Shown piece by piece: positions 12,433 to 26,300 of a stretch of 64,000 bases of DNA. Source of the stretch: Phallusia mammillata. Taxonomy: Eukaryota. Every line of letters starts with the position of its first letter. Positions within the stretch are counted from its first letter, which is position 1. The DNA is taken from positions 24,056,001 to 24,120,000 of the forward strand of contig OZ281499.1 of assembly GCA_965637545.1 (NCBI GenBank), in the 5' to 3' direction. Made by a program: the position numbers and the translations under genes. The notes under the pieces are model-generated. The model was not told the origin of the DNA. It worked only from the letters and a program-made list of their open reading frames with translations, and made no database searches.

Positions 12433-15400
12433 ATGTATATCGTAAAGTTTTGCCTTGTGTTTGTGATTATTCTGCAGTACACTCAGTTTAGCAGTTGTGA
12501 AGGAAATAGTGACGATGAAGAAAGTCAGGCAGTTATGTCTCCACGCCCGAGTCAAGACGACGGTTTAGAACGAACCCAGAGAGCTGCTCACAAGGTGAGA
12601 TAATCTACAAGTATTTGTGACTAAAGGTTCTTAAGTCCATTATGTGCAACAACCTTGAATCTGGTACCACTGTTAATGTGTAAAGCCACAGAACCTTAGC
12701 GGGTCACTACAATTCAACCTTCAATGGCAAGAGCATTTGTCTTCGTGTTTAACAAATATTTTGCGCTAAGATATTAGGGCTTTTCCACGGAATAACAGAA
12801 AGATTGGTGGAAATATGTCGTCTTCAATAAAATTAAAGTTGCGAATTAGTTGTAATGCCTGGATGATAATTGGGGGAAACCGTAATAACAATTCGGGATG
12901 TACAAGCGACAATATACAATACGCAAGACAATCGTGTCAAACGGCGGTGCGAATTAGGAAGAACAAATGTGTTGATATTTCCTGTATAAATTGACTTTAT
13001 TTTGCGCTTGGTTTCATCTATGAAGCGAAATTTTACAAGTGCTTTACTATGAATCTGACAGTTCCGCGATGTTACGTGGTTAAGAGGTGGCAATAACAAG
13101 TTATCGTCACATTAAAAAGCAGACTTTGTTCACTTGCAATTTTGCCCGAAAGCCTTGCGTCGAAGCATTTAAATGCATACGAAGAAATAGATGTAGATTT
13201 GTAACTTTTTGCCTCACGTGCCAACAGTTATGCGGTACTGCCGGACTTCAAAGTTCAAACAGGCCGTAGTTTTACTATTTCCGCTCTAAAAACGCAGCTG
13301 TAAAGAACAGCTCAATAATCGGGGTCTATAGGGTCTACGTTGGAACGAATACGAGGCAAACAACAAATATGTCATAGAACAAACGTTATAAATGATCTTA
13401 ATATTTCCGTTTTGCCAGTTTACTACATTAGTTTGGACAAACATCCTCCAGTTCATTGATACCGTGTAAAAAGTAGGCCTATCCGCAAGTGGTTCGGGTA
13501 CCAGGTTCCAGGGTTTCACAACTAATACGATATTTCAATGGGTATTAACAGTTACAGGATTGCCCTATTCATGACATACGGAAGGACAAACAACCGTTAA
13601 TTCCCGATTTTTTGTGATACAGCTGGGCGCTCGCGTGTTACAGGGTAACTAAAGGTTTATAGGGGCGCTGCGGAAAATTGTTTTATTTATTTTGCCATTA
13701 GTAATGTTATGAAGTTACAGGCCTTTTAAAAGATAATAAAAATCAAAAACTTAATTAAATAAATAATAAAATTGGCCCGATGGATATAAAAAGTGGATAA
13801 AAATCTTTTATGTCATTGCATCAGTTTCAATAAAAATGTTCGGTAAAACTGCTGTGATTGATGAAATTTTATGGTCAAATTTTAAGATTCGTTGAAAATG
13901 TCTTGCTTCTTTAGTGCCACCTGGCGGAAATATTATTGCTAAAACATTTTTCGGCCAATTATCCTCAATAATAAGTTCAACAGAGAACGTCGCAAACTAT
14001 CAAAGGCCTAAGACTTTGTTTGTCCAACACAAATACAAGTCGCTCAGTTTATCCGCTACCCGGGGGCGCGTGGACTTTGAAAGTCGCCGCGCCAGACGAT
14101 TGTTTTCCTTCGCTTCTTCGCCAACTGTGACCAAACAATCGACGCCTTTCGATTTCGAATTCTCGGTTAATCGCCAGGACTCTGTGTTCGCTAACAATCG
14201 ACCTGTGTCAAAATAAACCGCTGCCGCACACAATGAGCATTAAGACATAACAAAGGGTGCAAAACCGGATCGAATGCAGGTTCTTGTGAAATCTTGTCAA
14301 ATAGAAAATCTCGTTTATTTTTGGTTTGTCGGTATAAAGTTCAATTTAGTGGCGTTTGGTCGTCATGTTTGGTCGCTTAAGAACTATGAGTTAGCCTGTT
14401 GCTTCTTTTTTAAAACAACCTCATTCAAAAATGAAGTTCTGCACAAGGTATTAAATTACCTTCACATTTTTTTAAATACTGAATTTGTATACAGGTGGTG
14501 ACCATTATTATTTACCACTTTTTTGTGGCAATATATTTATTATTTCTGCAAATCTGGTAGTAATTGTGGAAACCTTTGCAAAATTGTACGACATTATGGT
14601 GACTAACTTAAAGCGAAAAAAAAAACGAACGAATTGTTTTTGCTGCGGCATTGATCGTTGCGTTACCCCGGGTCTTAACCTTTGATCCCGCCGGCTTGAC
14701 AGGTGCGGTTTTCCGCCAATCAGCTCAGCGTTTTGGGGCAGGTAAGCGCTTTAACTCAAATACCGCATAGACATGAACGTGCCTTTCAAACCACAAGCCA
14801 ATAACTAACCGATGATTTTTCAGGGGCTTAATCCTGATTTATGCTACTGAAGTTTGTTTTACGTTTCCAGGAAGAAATTTTATCAAACTTCTCCTTGATT
14901 TATAAAACGCATTGTGCTTTTAGTAAATCCCAAAGTAATCAAAACTAAGCCCCTTTTTATCGAAGGTCAACGCGCTTTTTCGGACGTTGCCTTTGAAGTA
15001 GTTTTGAAGTAGAGCCGCAAGTAGTTTTGGCTTGCGCATTGAACCATACACATACTTTATAATGGGTCATAATAGTTCATGAAGATTGTAAAAATCGACG
15101 TTGGTGATGTTTCAGCGAAAATAAATCGCTTTATTGACAAACTGGGGCTTTTCATAATCCCATCCGCCTCTTTTCGCGTCACAGCCACTGATATTCGACT
15201 ATTTCCTTTACCAGTTGGCTTTAAACAAAAATTTTAAAATTCCTTTGTTTTACAACGCCGAGATCAATGGAAGTAAAAGCGCTCGCAAAATCGTGCGCTC
15301 TGCAACCCGGAAAGAGCCTTTCAACGCTTCACGTGGCACCTGCTCGAAAACGGATAAGGAACACGCGTTTGTTCTTCAACAAGTTTCGATTTTTGGTCGC

Positions 15401-18400
15401 GCTTTGTGGAATTTCCTTCACCGAAAGCGCGCGTTTAGTGTTCAAAAGCCGAGCGGATAAATGCCTTGTTTATTTGAACACAGGAAAAGTCGGAATTGGG
15501 TTTGTGGCGACGTTAACAGCCTCCCTCGCCGTTTCCTGACTTGCGGACGCGAAATGGGAAATATTACCGAGTGAGCTAAACGACAGGTGTTCAAACATAC
15601 GACTGTTATAATGTGTCAACGAGGGCAACTTTCTCTCCAATAAATTGCCTTACAGTATTACAATGCAAGCACAAAATTTTAATTTGAAAACAATTCAATT
15701 TCATTAAGAGACAAAGTATTTGAATAAACTGAACATATTTGGCTGATGAAATAACCGCTTTTTGTTACATATTGAAGTAATTACATTACATTTTTTGCTT
15801 GCGCTGGACTTCACTACTTTTTAATTCGGAAGTGTTGAACTAATGTTTAGTGTTTAGAGAACTTGAAAGTGAACGACGTTGTAACATTGAAAACATGCAA
15901 AATAATCTTTACGGTTTTTTTTGATTAATTTTCCGCACACAATTTAAGTGCAGAGTTTATGGCTTAAAAACGCACCAAGAAAGCCTGTTTTACGATACAT
16001 TTACATGTTTCAGTTTTTCGTCGACTTATCGTTTAAATTCCCGGCTAAATTGGACAACAAACAGTTTATGAAAGCGCAAGTGATTAGAAATGATTGCATA
16101 GCGGTATACATGTATAGGTCCTTCAGATATCGCCTATCAACGTTTTTCCCCATCGATTAATCATTTGTCAGGACCTCGTTGAACGGTTATTAATAATCTA
16201 ACAACTCCTTGAGATGGAGGGTAAATTGCCGAGCCGCGCTTATGTTAGACAAACACGCGTCGCTTTGATGAGCGCACACTTACTGCATTAGCACCAGTGA
16301 CGCTGCGGCGCTTTATAGCCTGCGCAAATAAACTATGCGGGCCATAAGCTTTGTATTGCTCTCGAGCACTTATAGGCGGGATGAATTTGTCCCGTTATCA
16401 GGGTCCAACTCCTCCGACCTATGACAGCTTCATCCACTGAGCTGTGTTTATTTTCACGACATATCAACGTTTGAATTAAATTACCGATTCGCGGCATATG
16501 TGCGCGGTCTTCACCTGGCGTGAATAACCCGAAATCGTTTGTTCTTGATTCTAGAATCGGAGATATCGCTCTACCTCAGTTGCGCAATAGATGACGTGAC
16601 GCACAATCGACATTTTTGCGTCCAATTTCACGTCAATCAAACACAGAAACGCTTTCTGGTGAAGCTTAAGAACACAAACTCGCATATTTCATTATAATCG
16701 CATTAAAACTGGATTTGGGAGGTCTTATTGCCCCAAAGTGTAGGGTTTTGCTGATTTCACAGATAGCATGGATTTTCAAATGTTTCAGGCGAAATCGCTT
16801 CGGCTTACTTGTCGCTTTTGGATGGTTTTGGCATGACAATAACTTAAAACATGCACATAAAATGCTACCGACTCTGGTTTATTCTGATCTTGAATACAAA
16901 ATCATGACCTTTTACTCCCACGGTGGCCAACGTTGTCAAGTTAAAAGTAATATACAAGTCATATAACAACCGGAAGAACATATAATGACGCCAACAATCT
17001 CTCAATAAAAGTCGTTCAAATCAAAATGCAAAGATTTAAAATAAATTAATGTGACCGTTAAGAATATGCAGGGCCAAAAGTTTTTTTGTGAAACCTTTGG
17101 ATTTATAAGGTTTGTGCGATTTGGGCAAAAGGTCGTGTCATCTCACGAGTTGACTTGGTCAATTTTGTTCGCTATGTTGAACAGAAAGCGCCGAGCACAA
17201 TTTTCAACATTCCTCCCCTAACCACGAGGTTTGTCATTACAAGGTCACACGCGTTTGACCTTGAAAAACGTGCGCCCTGTTCATCGTTGACTGCGCAAGG
17301 CAAGATAAGAGCGCAGAGGGTTCAAGTAGCGCAGAAAGGGCCAATGTTGATTTGTGTTCACATATGCCCTGTATGGGTTAGGTTTTGATAAGGTTTGACT
17401 TATGTTTCGATTCCACGAATAAAGGGCCAACGCTCTTCCGCCCAAACACGGCAGCAACAAACATCGGTAGTTTATTTACCGGTCGACATCGGACATGCCG
17501 ACTCCATGTTGATGTCAGGAAGGCTCTTATCAGCCCGATTTTGATCGAGATTGTAAACAAAATGGCGCCGCATGAGCAAGAGTTAATTATGGCGCAATGG
17601 TTCTGATAACAAGCATATTGTTACCTATTGTTACAACTCTAAGGTGTTGATAAAACCGTATTGCGCGTTTTAAATTAATTATAATTTCAGCCAAAGATAC
17701 AAGTCAATATCTGAGTGTAAAACACCACAACGTTTGGACAGTTTGCATTGTCACAATGTTGCGTTCCTTCTGTGGCTTTCATTTGCCATTTTTTCTGACG
17801 ATCACAATAGAAACAGTATATCACACTCAGTTATTGGCTTATATCTTCTTGCTTAGAATATTTAAAACCGGGAATTGTGTTCCCAAATTATAATTTCTTT
17901 TTATTGTTTTGCCTGAATGGTTTGAATACTGTCTTAATTTTTAAAATATCGCCATTATTATCAAAGTAAAGGTATTTCCAATTAGAAGTTGTGGATTAAA
18001 AAGATGTAAAATAGAGAACATAGTACCAAATGTACCTTTTTAAATTTAAGGATAAAAACTTGTTTCTCACTTTCGCGACTGGAAAGGGCAACAATTTGGT
18101 ACATAGTGATTCGAATTTTATTTGCGCTAAGTTTAGCCAGCGAGTAAAAACACGCCCTTTGAAAAAATACCAACAAATCCAAAAAACTTGATCAAACATT
18201 TTCAAATCGCAAACAAAAACGCCACTTCCAAAAATTCGCGTTTCCTTTGACGTCAGTTCGGCGAACTATTTGAGTGGAAATAGTTGCAAATATTAAACAC
18301 GTTTGGGGCTATTTTGGAACGCCGTGGCGAGAAGACGTCCGGCTCCCGTTTCGACGATTGTTGACGCAATAGACCACAAACAATGTTAGTCGAACGCGAA

Positions 18401-20312
18401 CAAAGAACAGTTGTTGGGACAAAACTATAGGCGAGGCACACGGGCGGATATTAAAGCCATGAAGTCGCAACTGTAAATATGAGTCACATTTTTGTTGCCT
18501 AGGCAGGTGGGAAAAATGTGCGCGGTAAAAAAGTTGACAACCCACACAAATATTGAGATAAGTTTGCCTTTGATTGTCTAGTGATTGTTGGTCGGCTGCG
18601 GAGCTCAATTTCTAGCGCCATTTTGGATACTTTTAATTGACGGATGATGAAAGTGTAATCGTACGGTCACGCCCTTAGGTTTCAACTTTGGAAAGTCCCA
18701 ATAACTGAGACAGGTCTTCCTAAAATCCTGAAAATGATGTACAAGTGTCCCAAGTGGCGCATTTTATTCGGGATTAGCGAATAGCATTGCTGAGACATAA
18801 TGATGTATGAAAAACAAGCAGTGTTATACATCAGGCCGGAAACTCAAGCGTTTCAATTTAACTCTGCTTTGTCATCCCAATTCATTGCAATTGAGTAATT
18901 ACAACCACTTGAGGGCAATTAAATTCCACCATAAGTGGGAATCCACCAAAGCATTCAAGCCCGAAAGGTCACCGGCAGTTTCGTATGACCAACAACTACA
19001 GTGCGTTCTTAAACGCAACTTCACAAAGCAAAGCCACACAGCATGCACAGTATAAAGGCTGTAGCCTAGAAATATTTATACACGCACATTAACAATCATT
19101 TCTAACAGTGAATCCTTTGTTGTTGCAGCACCACCGTTGCCCTGGTAACAGAAAGTCCTGCACGCGGTCGGCCTCTGCGCCATCGATTGGAAAAAAACAG
19201 GCCAAACAGTGCAAGAAAAAGTTCAAGAAATGCAAAAATAAGCGCGACAAGAAGTGTAAGAACAACCTGAAGTGCTACAAGAAGAAGACAAAGAAATGCA
19301 AGAAACGCAATAAAGTGTGTTTAGCGCCACGAAACGACCGGCCAGCAAGTCAACCGGAAAGATCAACGCCATCCAGCGGAAATCTGCGATCCCCGGTTGT
19401 TGTCAAACCCAAACCCGAAACTTATAAACGTAAGTTTGCTATGCAATGTTTGATTCCTATTAGAAACAATAGTCAATGTAACTGAGGAAAAGTACGCAAG
19501 TTCAAACTAATACATAAAGGTGCACGAAGTATTTGAAGAGAGTTAATATGACAACGATATTGGTCAAAGAAAGTATTGGTTAAATTGGCTAACATAAAAG
19601 TTTTCTGCAATACAACAATAAAAAAACCCAAATCTTTACAACAATCAGGTTAGGCGCTTCCTTGCACAATAAGGGCATTAAATAACCCAAAATATTAACA
19701 ACAAAGAAAAAAAGCCCAAATTAACAACTTTTTTGTAAAATTACAGAAAAGCACGAAGCTTGTGTGAGGGACAGTGAATGTATGCCAAACCACTGTTGTG
19801 CAAGATACCGGACAGGCAAAAGATGTCAAGAAATGGTCCCAATAGACGGGGTAAGTTTATGCCACGGTGTTTAGACCATTTAGGTTAAAAAAATAATAAA
19901 TGCGACTATTATAAAGCCTATAAATACTGATTCTTGTTGAGATGGAAATTTCCAACTGAAAAAACAACAACATTTTAAAGCTAGAGATCTTAGGCGTGGT
20001 TGTAAAAGTACACATGCGTAAATCACTAGGTTTTACTGACATAAGTCACTTAGACATAGTAAACAGCAGTAATATTAGGTCATTAGGTGATAAATCATCG
20101 AAAACCTTTCACCCACAAACAATGGCGTACACGTTTCACAAAATATTGGCCTTGACCATGAATGTCCTGTTCTTTAGGTTTGTCCGATTCCACTTAACAA
20201 AAACAGACGGCGAAGCGCTCAATTCTTCGAACGTTGCCCCTGCGCACCGGGACTGTACTGTCAGAAACCTCTCACCGATTCGAGACACTACACGTGTCAA
20301 ATCGCCACGTGA
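12433..20312 (+). CDS. dkk: Dickkopf-family secreted protein (dkk1/2/4-like CRD2), 233 aa
   Basis: Exons 12433-12594, 19129-19429, 19747-19850, 20178-20312; all GT-AG and phase-compatible (0,1,0). Signal peptide MYIVKFCLVFVIILQYTQFSSC. C-terminal 10-Cys colipase fold CVRDSECMPNHCCARYRTGKRCQEMVPIDGVCPIPLNKNRRRSAQFFERCPCAPGLYCQKPLTDSRHYTCQ matches the Dkk CRD2 cysteine pattern. A hidden exon in the 6.5-kb first intron cannot be excluded. Confidence 0.88.
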
Positions 20313-23300
20313 TCAAACGTCATAAAAGAACTATTACGTCACAGAGACGTCACACAGAGCAAGTTCTCGGTCGAGCGAGCCAGCAAGCTGTACAGGAAGG
20401 CCAGGGAAGGCACGGGAAAGCAATCGGTGGCGAATGGGACTTGCACTTTTTTAACATTCTTTTCTTCTCTATCCATTTGTCCAAGTGTCATGTTGTTGCT
20501 ATTATCGGTTTGCGCGTTTTATCGTCCGTCAAAATACAAACTTTGGTTGAAAACATGGAAGGCTTGTTTGTGGTGATAGCGTTGGGAACATGGATTGTCG
20601 TCTGGGATGTTGTATTCCAGGAAGGATTTGTCACTGAAGGTCGCAAGTTCATGTTTGTTTGAGGACGAAGCAAGCAGACAGTTAACACTGATATGCGCGG
20701 ATAGCACGGGTGTGTACTGCCAACAGGGCGTGGGTTAGATTCTTAACCTGATACACAACAATTTCACATCACGATCAGCATAAAACGTTGACAAATCAGT
20801 GAATCTTAGGTTTCGCATTGACAGCTAGTTTACATTGTCGGCAACGTGTTTAAATTCGAACCTAAACAAGCATTTATGACGCCAACAATAGCGGTGTTGT
20901 GACTAGTAAAACATCCCTCGTATCAATGAGAAAATCTCGCCAATGAAAGCAAGAAGGCTATTTCAGGATGTTTTAAGTGACAGATTTATCTTTCTTTAGT
21001 GGTTTGGCGCGCCTAAAATGACAGGATCCAGTCAGAATTACCTGTATGTTTATGTTGAGTCGTTTTATTGTCCTCGCCATTAAAGCATTAAAATATGACT
21101 CAATCCTCTTACCTTTTGGCGAGTCAATGGTTTGTTTATACAGGCGGTTATAGGGGGTAATTCACGATGCCAAAAATAAAACACGCGGGTCATACACGAC
21201 AGGAAGAGCCCCATGATGTATTGACCTGCTGTGAGGTAACACTAGGAATGGAAAGCAAACAAACACGGTAGTTTTGATGTTGTTGCCAGAAAGACCAAGG
21301 GCAAAGCGAGAGACTGCAACAAACATTGCGCATAATTGGGGCAGGAATTTAAATCTTTCAGGCCTCGTTGCCCTTAGACAAAGTGATCGTTTCATGTTAA
21401 ACTAGGCGGCCTGAACCAGCCTTGTACGCCAGATTATCAGTAACGAGATTAAAGTCAGTAGTACGGTGGGTACGAGATTCTTTTAACTGGCCGACTACCT
21501 TGGTTAATCGAAATTTCCACAAAATATGCAACACATGTACGTCGGGGCTTGGTTGATGCAATAATTGACAAATAATTACACCGGTATTTTTCCTTCTGTT
21601 TTGATAACAAAGTATACAACCCAACTGAAAACCTATCAGCTAACTGTTGTTAAAAACTATAGTCTATAATTAAAACACAATTAAAGTGTTGTTGTTGTTT
21701 TTTCATTTTAACGTGGATGGTGTATATAATTTGAATACTGTTGTCAGAGTTTAGGCATTAGATAGTTTTTTAACCGAAACTGCAAGAGGCAAAGGCTTGT
21801 GATCTAAATTACATCTCGTAGCAGCGAAATTGCCTGTGTGCGGTTGAAGCGATAGGTCAATTTTGGTTTATTGATGTAAAATTGTAAAACCATTTACAGC
21901 ATTTAAATGAAAGTTGTGTTTGTACAAGTACCACATGAAACAAGTTTATTGTAATGCCAGTAAAACGTAAATCAGTAGATTACACCAACCAATAAAAATG
22001 TCCATACGCAACTACAGAACTTGATTCTTTTTGAATGAACGATAAAATAGACACAGATATTTGTACTTCTGAAGGCTTTTTAATAGATTATTAAACAAAA
22101 AACAAACGGAACCAAGAACTTGATATTTCCACATAACCTTAACAATATCCACAGTATCAAATTATTGCTCTGTGCTTGTACGGGTGGATATGCATTCTTG
22201 GTACCAACAAACAACTTTGTTTTTCGCAATGGAAAGCATGCAGATAACATGGAAAAGTCACCTCTTTTATGTTAAATATCAATCAAAGTTTGTCACTACA
22301 GATTGCCAAAGGCCAATTCCAGCCTCAGTTAACATTAAAAAAGAATTATCTCGGAATTGAATTACAGATACATGAATTTGCCGTTAAGCAGAAACTAAAG
22401 TTAAACAGTTCAGTTCACAGTTCTTATTAAGAAAGCTTGTTTTCGTGTCATTCTTACATAGGGAATTTACTCTTTTCAGACAACCTGCATAACGCAAAAA
22501 GCCTATGTTATAATGTGTGTTGCACTTCACCAATACTTGCTAAATGAATTGATATTAATGTGCAGTTGTAGCAAAACATAACCTATATAGTGCACAAGAC
22601 ACTTTGATATTTAAAGTGGGGTGTCTTCTGACAAACGTTTCGTCGCCTAATTAGAAACGTATGTTTAAGGCATTTGCTTTCAGACACATAAAACTACACA
22701 GACACGCCTGGTTTGACAAATTTGTTTCTGCAGATTTGTAAACAATATTTCCCATGTCAAGTTATGAAACCTGTGGCTGCGGGCACTACAGGCGTTGCGA
22801 CGTAGTTATTTGTCCACATGTGGTATCGATTTTACCAGGAAACATAGCTAACGTCACGCGCAAAAGGTCTTAATCCGGGCATCGTAGAAGTGACGCCGTC
22901 CGTCAAAGTGTGCTTCCGACCGCTGTAATGCCGCTAAATGCGAAATCCAACGTACGTTTTTGCATGGAAGGTAGGCGGTCTTGGCCACATGAAAGTGATA
23001 CACGGGAGGTACAAAGATGCCAAAGCCGGGCCAAACTTCTTCGCGTATCGGGTATCAAACGGGACCACCGTGCTTTGCAACTACTGGTTTGGACAGTTTG
23101 CCAAACAAAAGTCGAAATTGAACGCCTTGTGCCAGTGAAGATGAATGACGTGGTTCGGTGTTAACACTAAGATTAACTGACAAGGTTCTGTAACAGTGGG
23201 CGGCGCGTTGTTTCATCTTACGGTCAAAGTGTGGCCCGCTTAACTTCGGGAGCACGCAGGCAGCCTGTTTCAACCAACCAAGTCTTTTCTAAATCAGGAA

Positions 23301-26300
23301 ACCGCCGTTCTAGGGACCTATTGCTGACCGACCATGTAGCCTTTAGCGCTGAAGGAATTTGGGGCATTTTAGTCGTCCGATGGAAGGAAAATGAAAGTAC
23401 TTGCGCTTTTACAAACGGTATCAGGTTTCAAAACAGCATGCTCCTTATTTCCATTCCTTTCCACTTACGTCGCGTAATTAGGATTTTTCCCTTTTTAGTC
23501 CATAGAAACGTGCTTTATCTTTTAAAACAAGAACCGTCGACCCTAATGCTTTCTCTGAACCTTTAACCTGTAGGTCAAAGGTTAACAAATGGTTCGACGC
23601 ATCGTGACTCCAATAGCTTGGTTTTGTTACATCTATTTTCATCATGATCTTAGTCTTCGAAAATGTAAGCAAAAATACTTGATTTCCAAAAGCAATACCG
23701 CGTTTTGATAAACAGTAACAAACTGCATCGCATTAAATACATATTCAATCTTCATCTTTTAATATTTTTGTAAGTAGGATCTGATTTATGCATACCTTAA
23801 ATGTTTCTAGGATTAATATAAACTGAGAAGCACTGGCGTAGACTGCTTTGTGACATCATTTGACCTTGGTGACCTTCTGAGTCGAGTGCTTAGATCGTTT
23901 TGCGGCATTAATCTTAAGTTGTGGCGGCGACAAGCGAAGGCCGATAGGAAAAGGCAGAGCCAAGGACTGAAGACCTAAATTGTACGCAGCATAATGCCAA
24001 CCATTGACCAACAAATCTGTTTCAGACGTAAAGAGCAAAGCTGTATGTGTGTGGGAAATGTGATATGGGAGGTTCGGAACTCCATCACCTAGACGTGACC
24101 CTCCGTGTTTGACGTCACCACCGTGAAAACTGGCCCACATTCAAGTGTGATTTATTTTTAGGTCATGACGTTTAGATAGGACAAAGGTAGACTCAGAGCA
24201 CAAAGCAAATGACAAAGGTTTCAAAGGGAAATCTGCGCTCAACTGAACTTGAAACAAGGATAAACATACGCCGTGTCATCTTGTGTAAACTACAAAGCGA
24301 ACGATTTCGGGATTTAACTAAACACCGACTAATCTACGTTAAGGTGCAGTGGTTGCCAGACAAAACAACATCATTGCTTTAGACACAATGAGGTGTTCAA
24401 GATCAGAGAAAATACAAAGTTACGACAGTAAACGTATATAGTTGCCATTGCCCTTTTCCACGTGAAATAGTAACTGTTCGTTTGAAAACCGTTTGGTTAC
24501 ACACAATGACACTATTTAGGCAACAGTTTTTCTTTGTACAAATAGTTTCGCAAACAACAGTCTGCTTTAAATGAACACCAATCAAATCAAAACTAAAATA
24601 TTTTGGGACAAGCAAGAAAAAATGTGCAAGCTGATAAATGATTTATTTGCGAAATCAATATCACAGGTGGATAGTACATTTGGCAGTTGCACAGGCACAA
24701 CACCACTTGTAATTACAAAAGGTCAAAGCCTCGGGTTCGGGTCCCGAAATCCGCTCCCAAATACAAAACAATTCTTCCCAAACTGGGTCCCACTGTATAT
24801 AGTATTTCAGCATAAACGAAAACTCACATGAACTGTGAAAAAACAATTAGGGTGCATTTATTTTTACTGCCAGATGCAAAAGAAATCGATCTATTATTTA
24901 TGAACCGCTTCGCAGCAAATGGGAGATTTCTGCCACGGACGTAAATAGACATCAGTGCTATACCGCCACCTACAGGACGCCATATTAAACACAAAAAGTC
25001 ACCAGATGTCGCTGCAGTGACACACCAGCAAAGTAGAGAACGTATGTTGTCAACGATTTTCGTCACTTGTCGAAGATACACGAACCAAGGTATGTGATGT
25101 AATATGAAATCAAAGACTTGACTTCAGTACAAATTGGTGGCAAATTGCCTTTGCTATGCTCTTAACACGAAAAGTTTTCAAAGTGCAATTGTTGATATGC
25201 CAGAGTTGGTCTGCAAAAAACTAACAGTAAAAGTTGCTAAAACATTAAACCGGATAAAAATGCAACGTTTGGGGCGTTAGAGCGGAATATGACGTCATTT
25301 TACGTGGAGGAAACAAAAACGCAGGAAATTGCGTTGACAGACACGAACGACGTCACTACCTGTTGCCGACGACTGAATGGAAATTGACTTTGCGAATCAA
25401 CTTGCATGAAAATCAAGCGTTGCTTTCCCAAGTAGTTATATGCCATCAAGCACAGAGTTATAAGTTTGTAGACCACATTGAAAAAGCTTTTTAGGAGACC
25501 AATTCACTTGGAGAAAGGGACACAACAATCATTGAATGCCGACAAACATTTCTAAATGCTCTTGCACACTAGTTTTCACAATAAGATACTGTAGTAGAAA
25601 AGTTTCAAATAAACGACAGTTGAGGGAATGATCGTTCACAGACATGCTTGACATCTGCTTAAAACGACAATCATCTAGAAACAAGTTTAAACGTTTTCGA
25701 ATTTTACCTCATTATGTTTGGACAAGTTTTTATACACCAGGGAAAAATAGTAGACTGCAGCAGGCAACAACTAAGATAATCATAAATATTTAGTTGGTTG
25801 TTTCGTCAAACTGCTTGCGCAAATCTCAGCAAAACGTAGGGCAAACATCGTAAGCGTTAAAAATTAAGAAGCAGTTTCAGGCCCTTGAATACAGAACATA
25901 CAACAAGTGCTTTCACGTGTAGAGTAACTGTACAGCGATATATAAAACATACACGTGTATGTACACAGAAATAATGCATACCTGGAAACAATATACAGAT
26001 GAATGTATACAGAAACTGATTATAAGGTAGAAACTTTTTGGTCGGAATCGTCGAGAAAGAAACAAAAGGCTAAATACATACAAAATGATATAAGTATGAG
26101 TGATAAAATACAGCTGCGAAGAAATGTAAGGCTATGTTTTGTTAAGTACGATTCTACGCGATACAGTGCAGATGTTAATGTGATTGGTTCAATAAGGAAC
26201 GACCGTAGTGAATAACAGGTTGTCGCAAACTTGGGGTGAAACGAAGGAATGTGAAAAGTTCGTTGCCTATGGAACCGATGTAGACAATTAGGGTTGCACA

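Noticed and set aside
20488-20707. Thr-rich minus-strand ORF (TTSQTTIHVPNAITT...) as a last exon of another gene
   Set aside because: No convincing acceptor or upstream exon; it is the antisense of the dkk 3' region.
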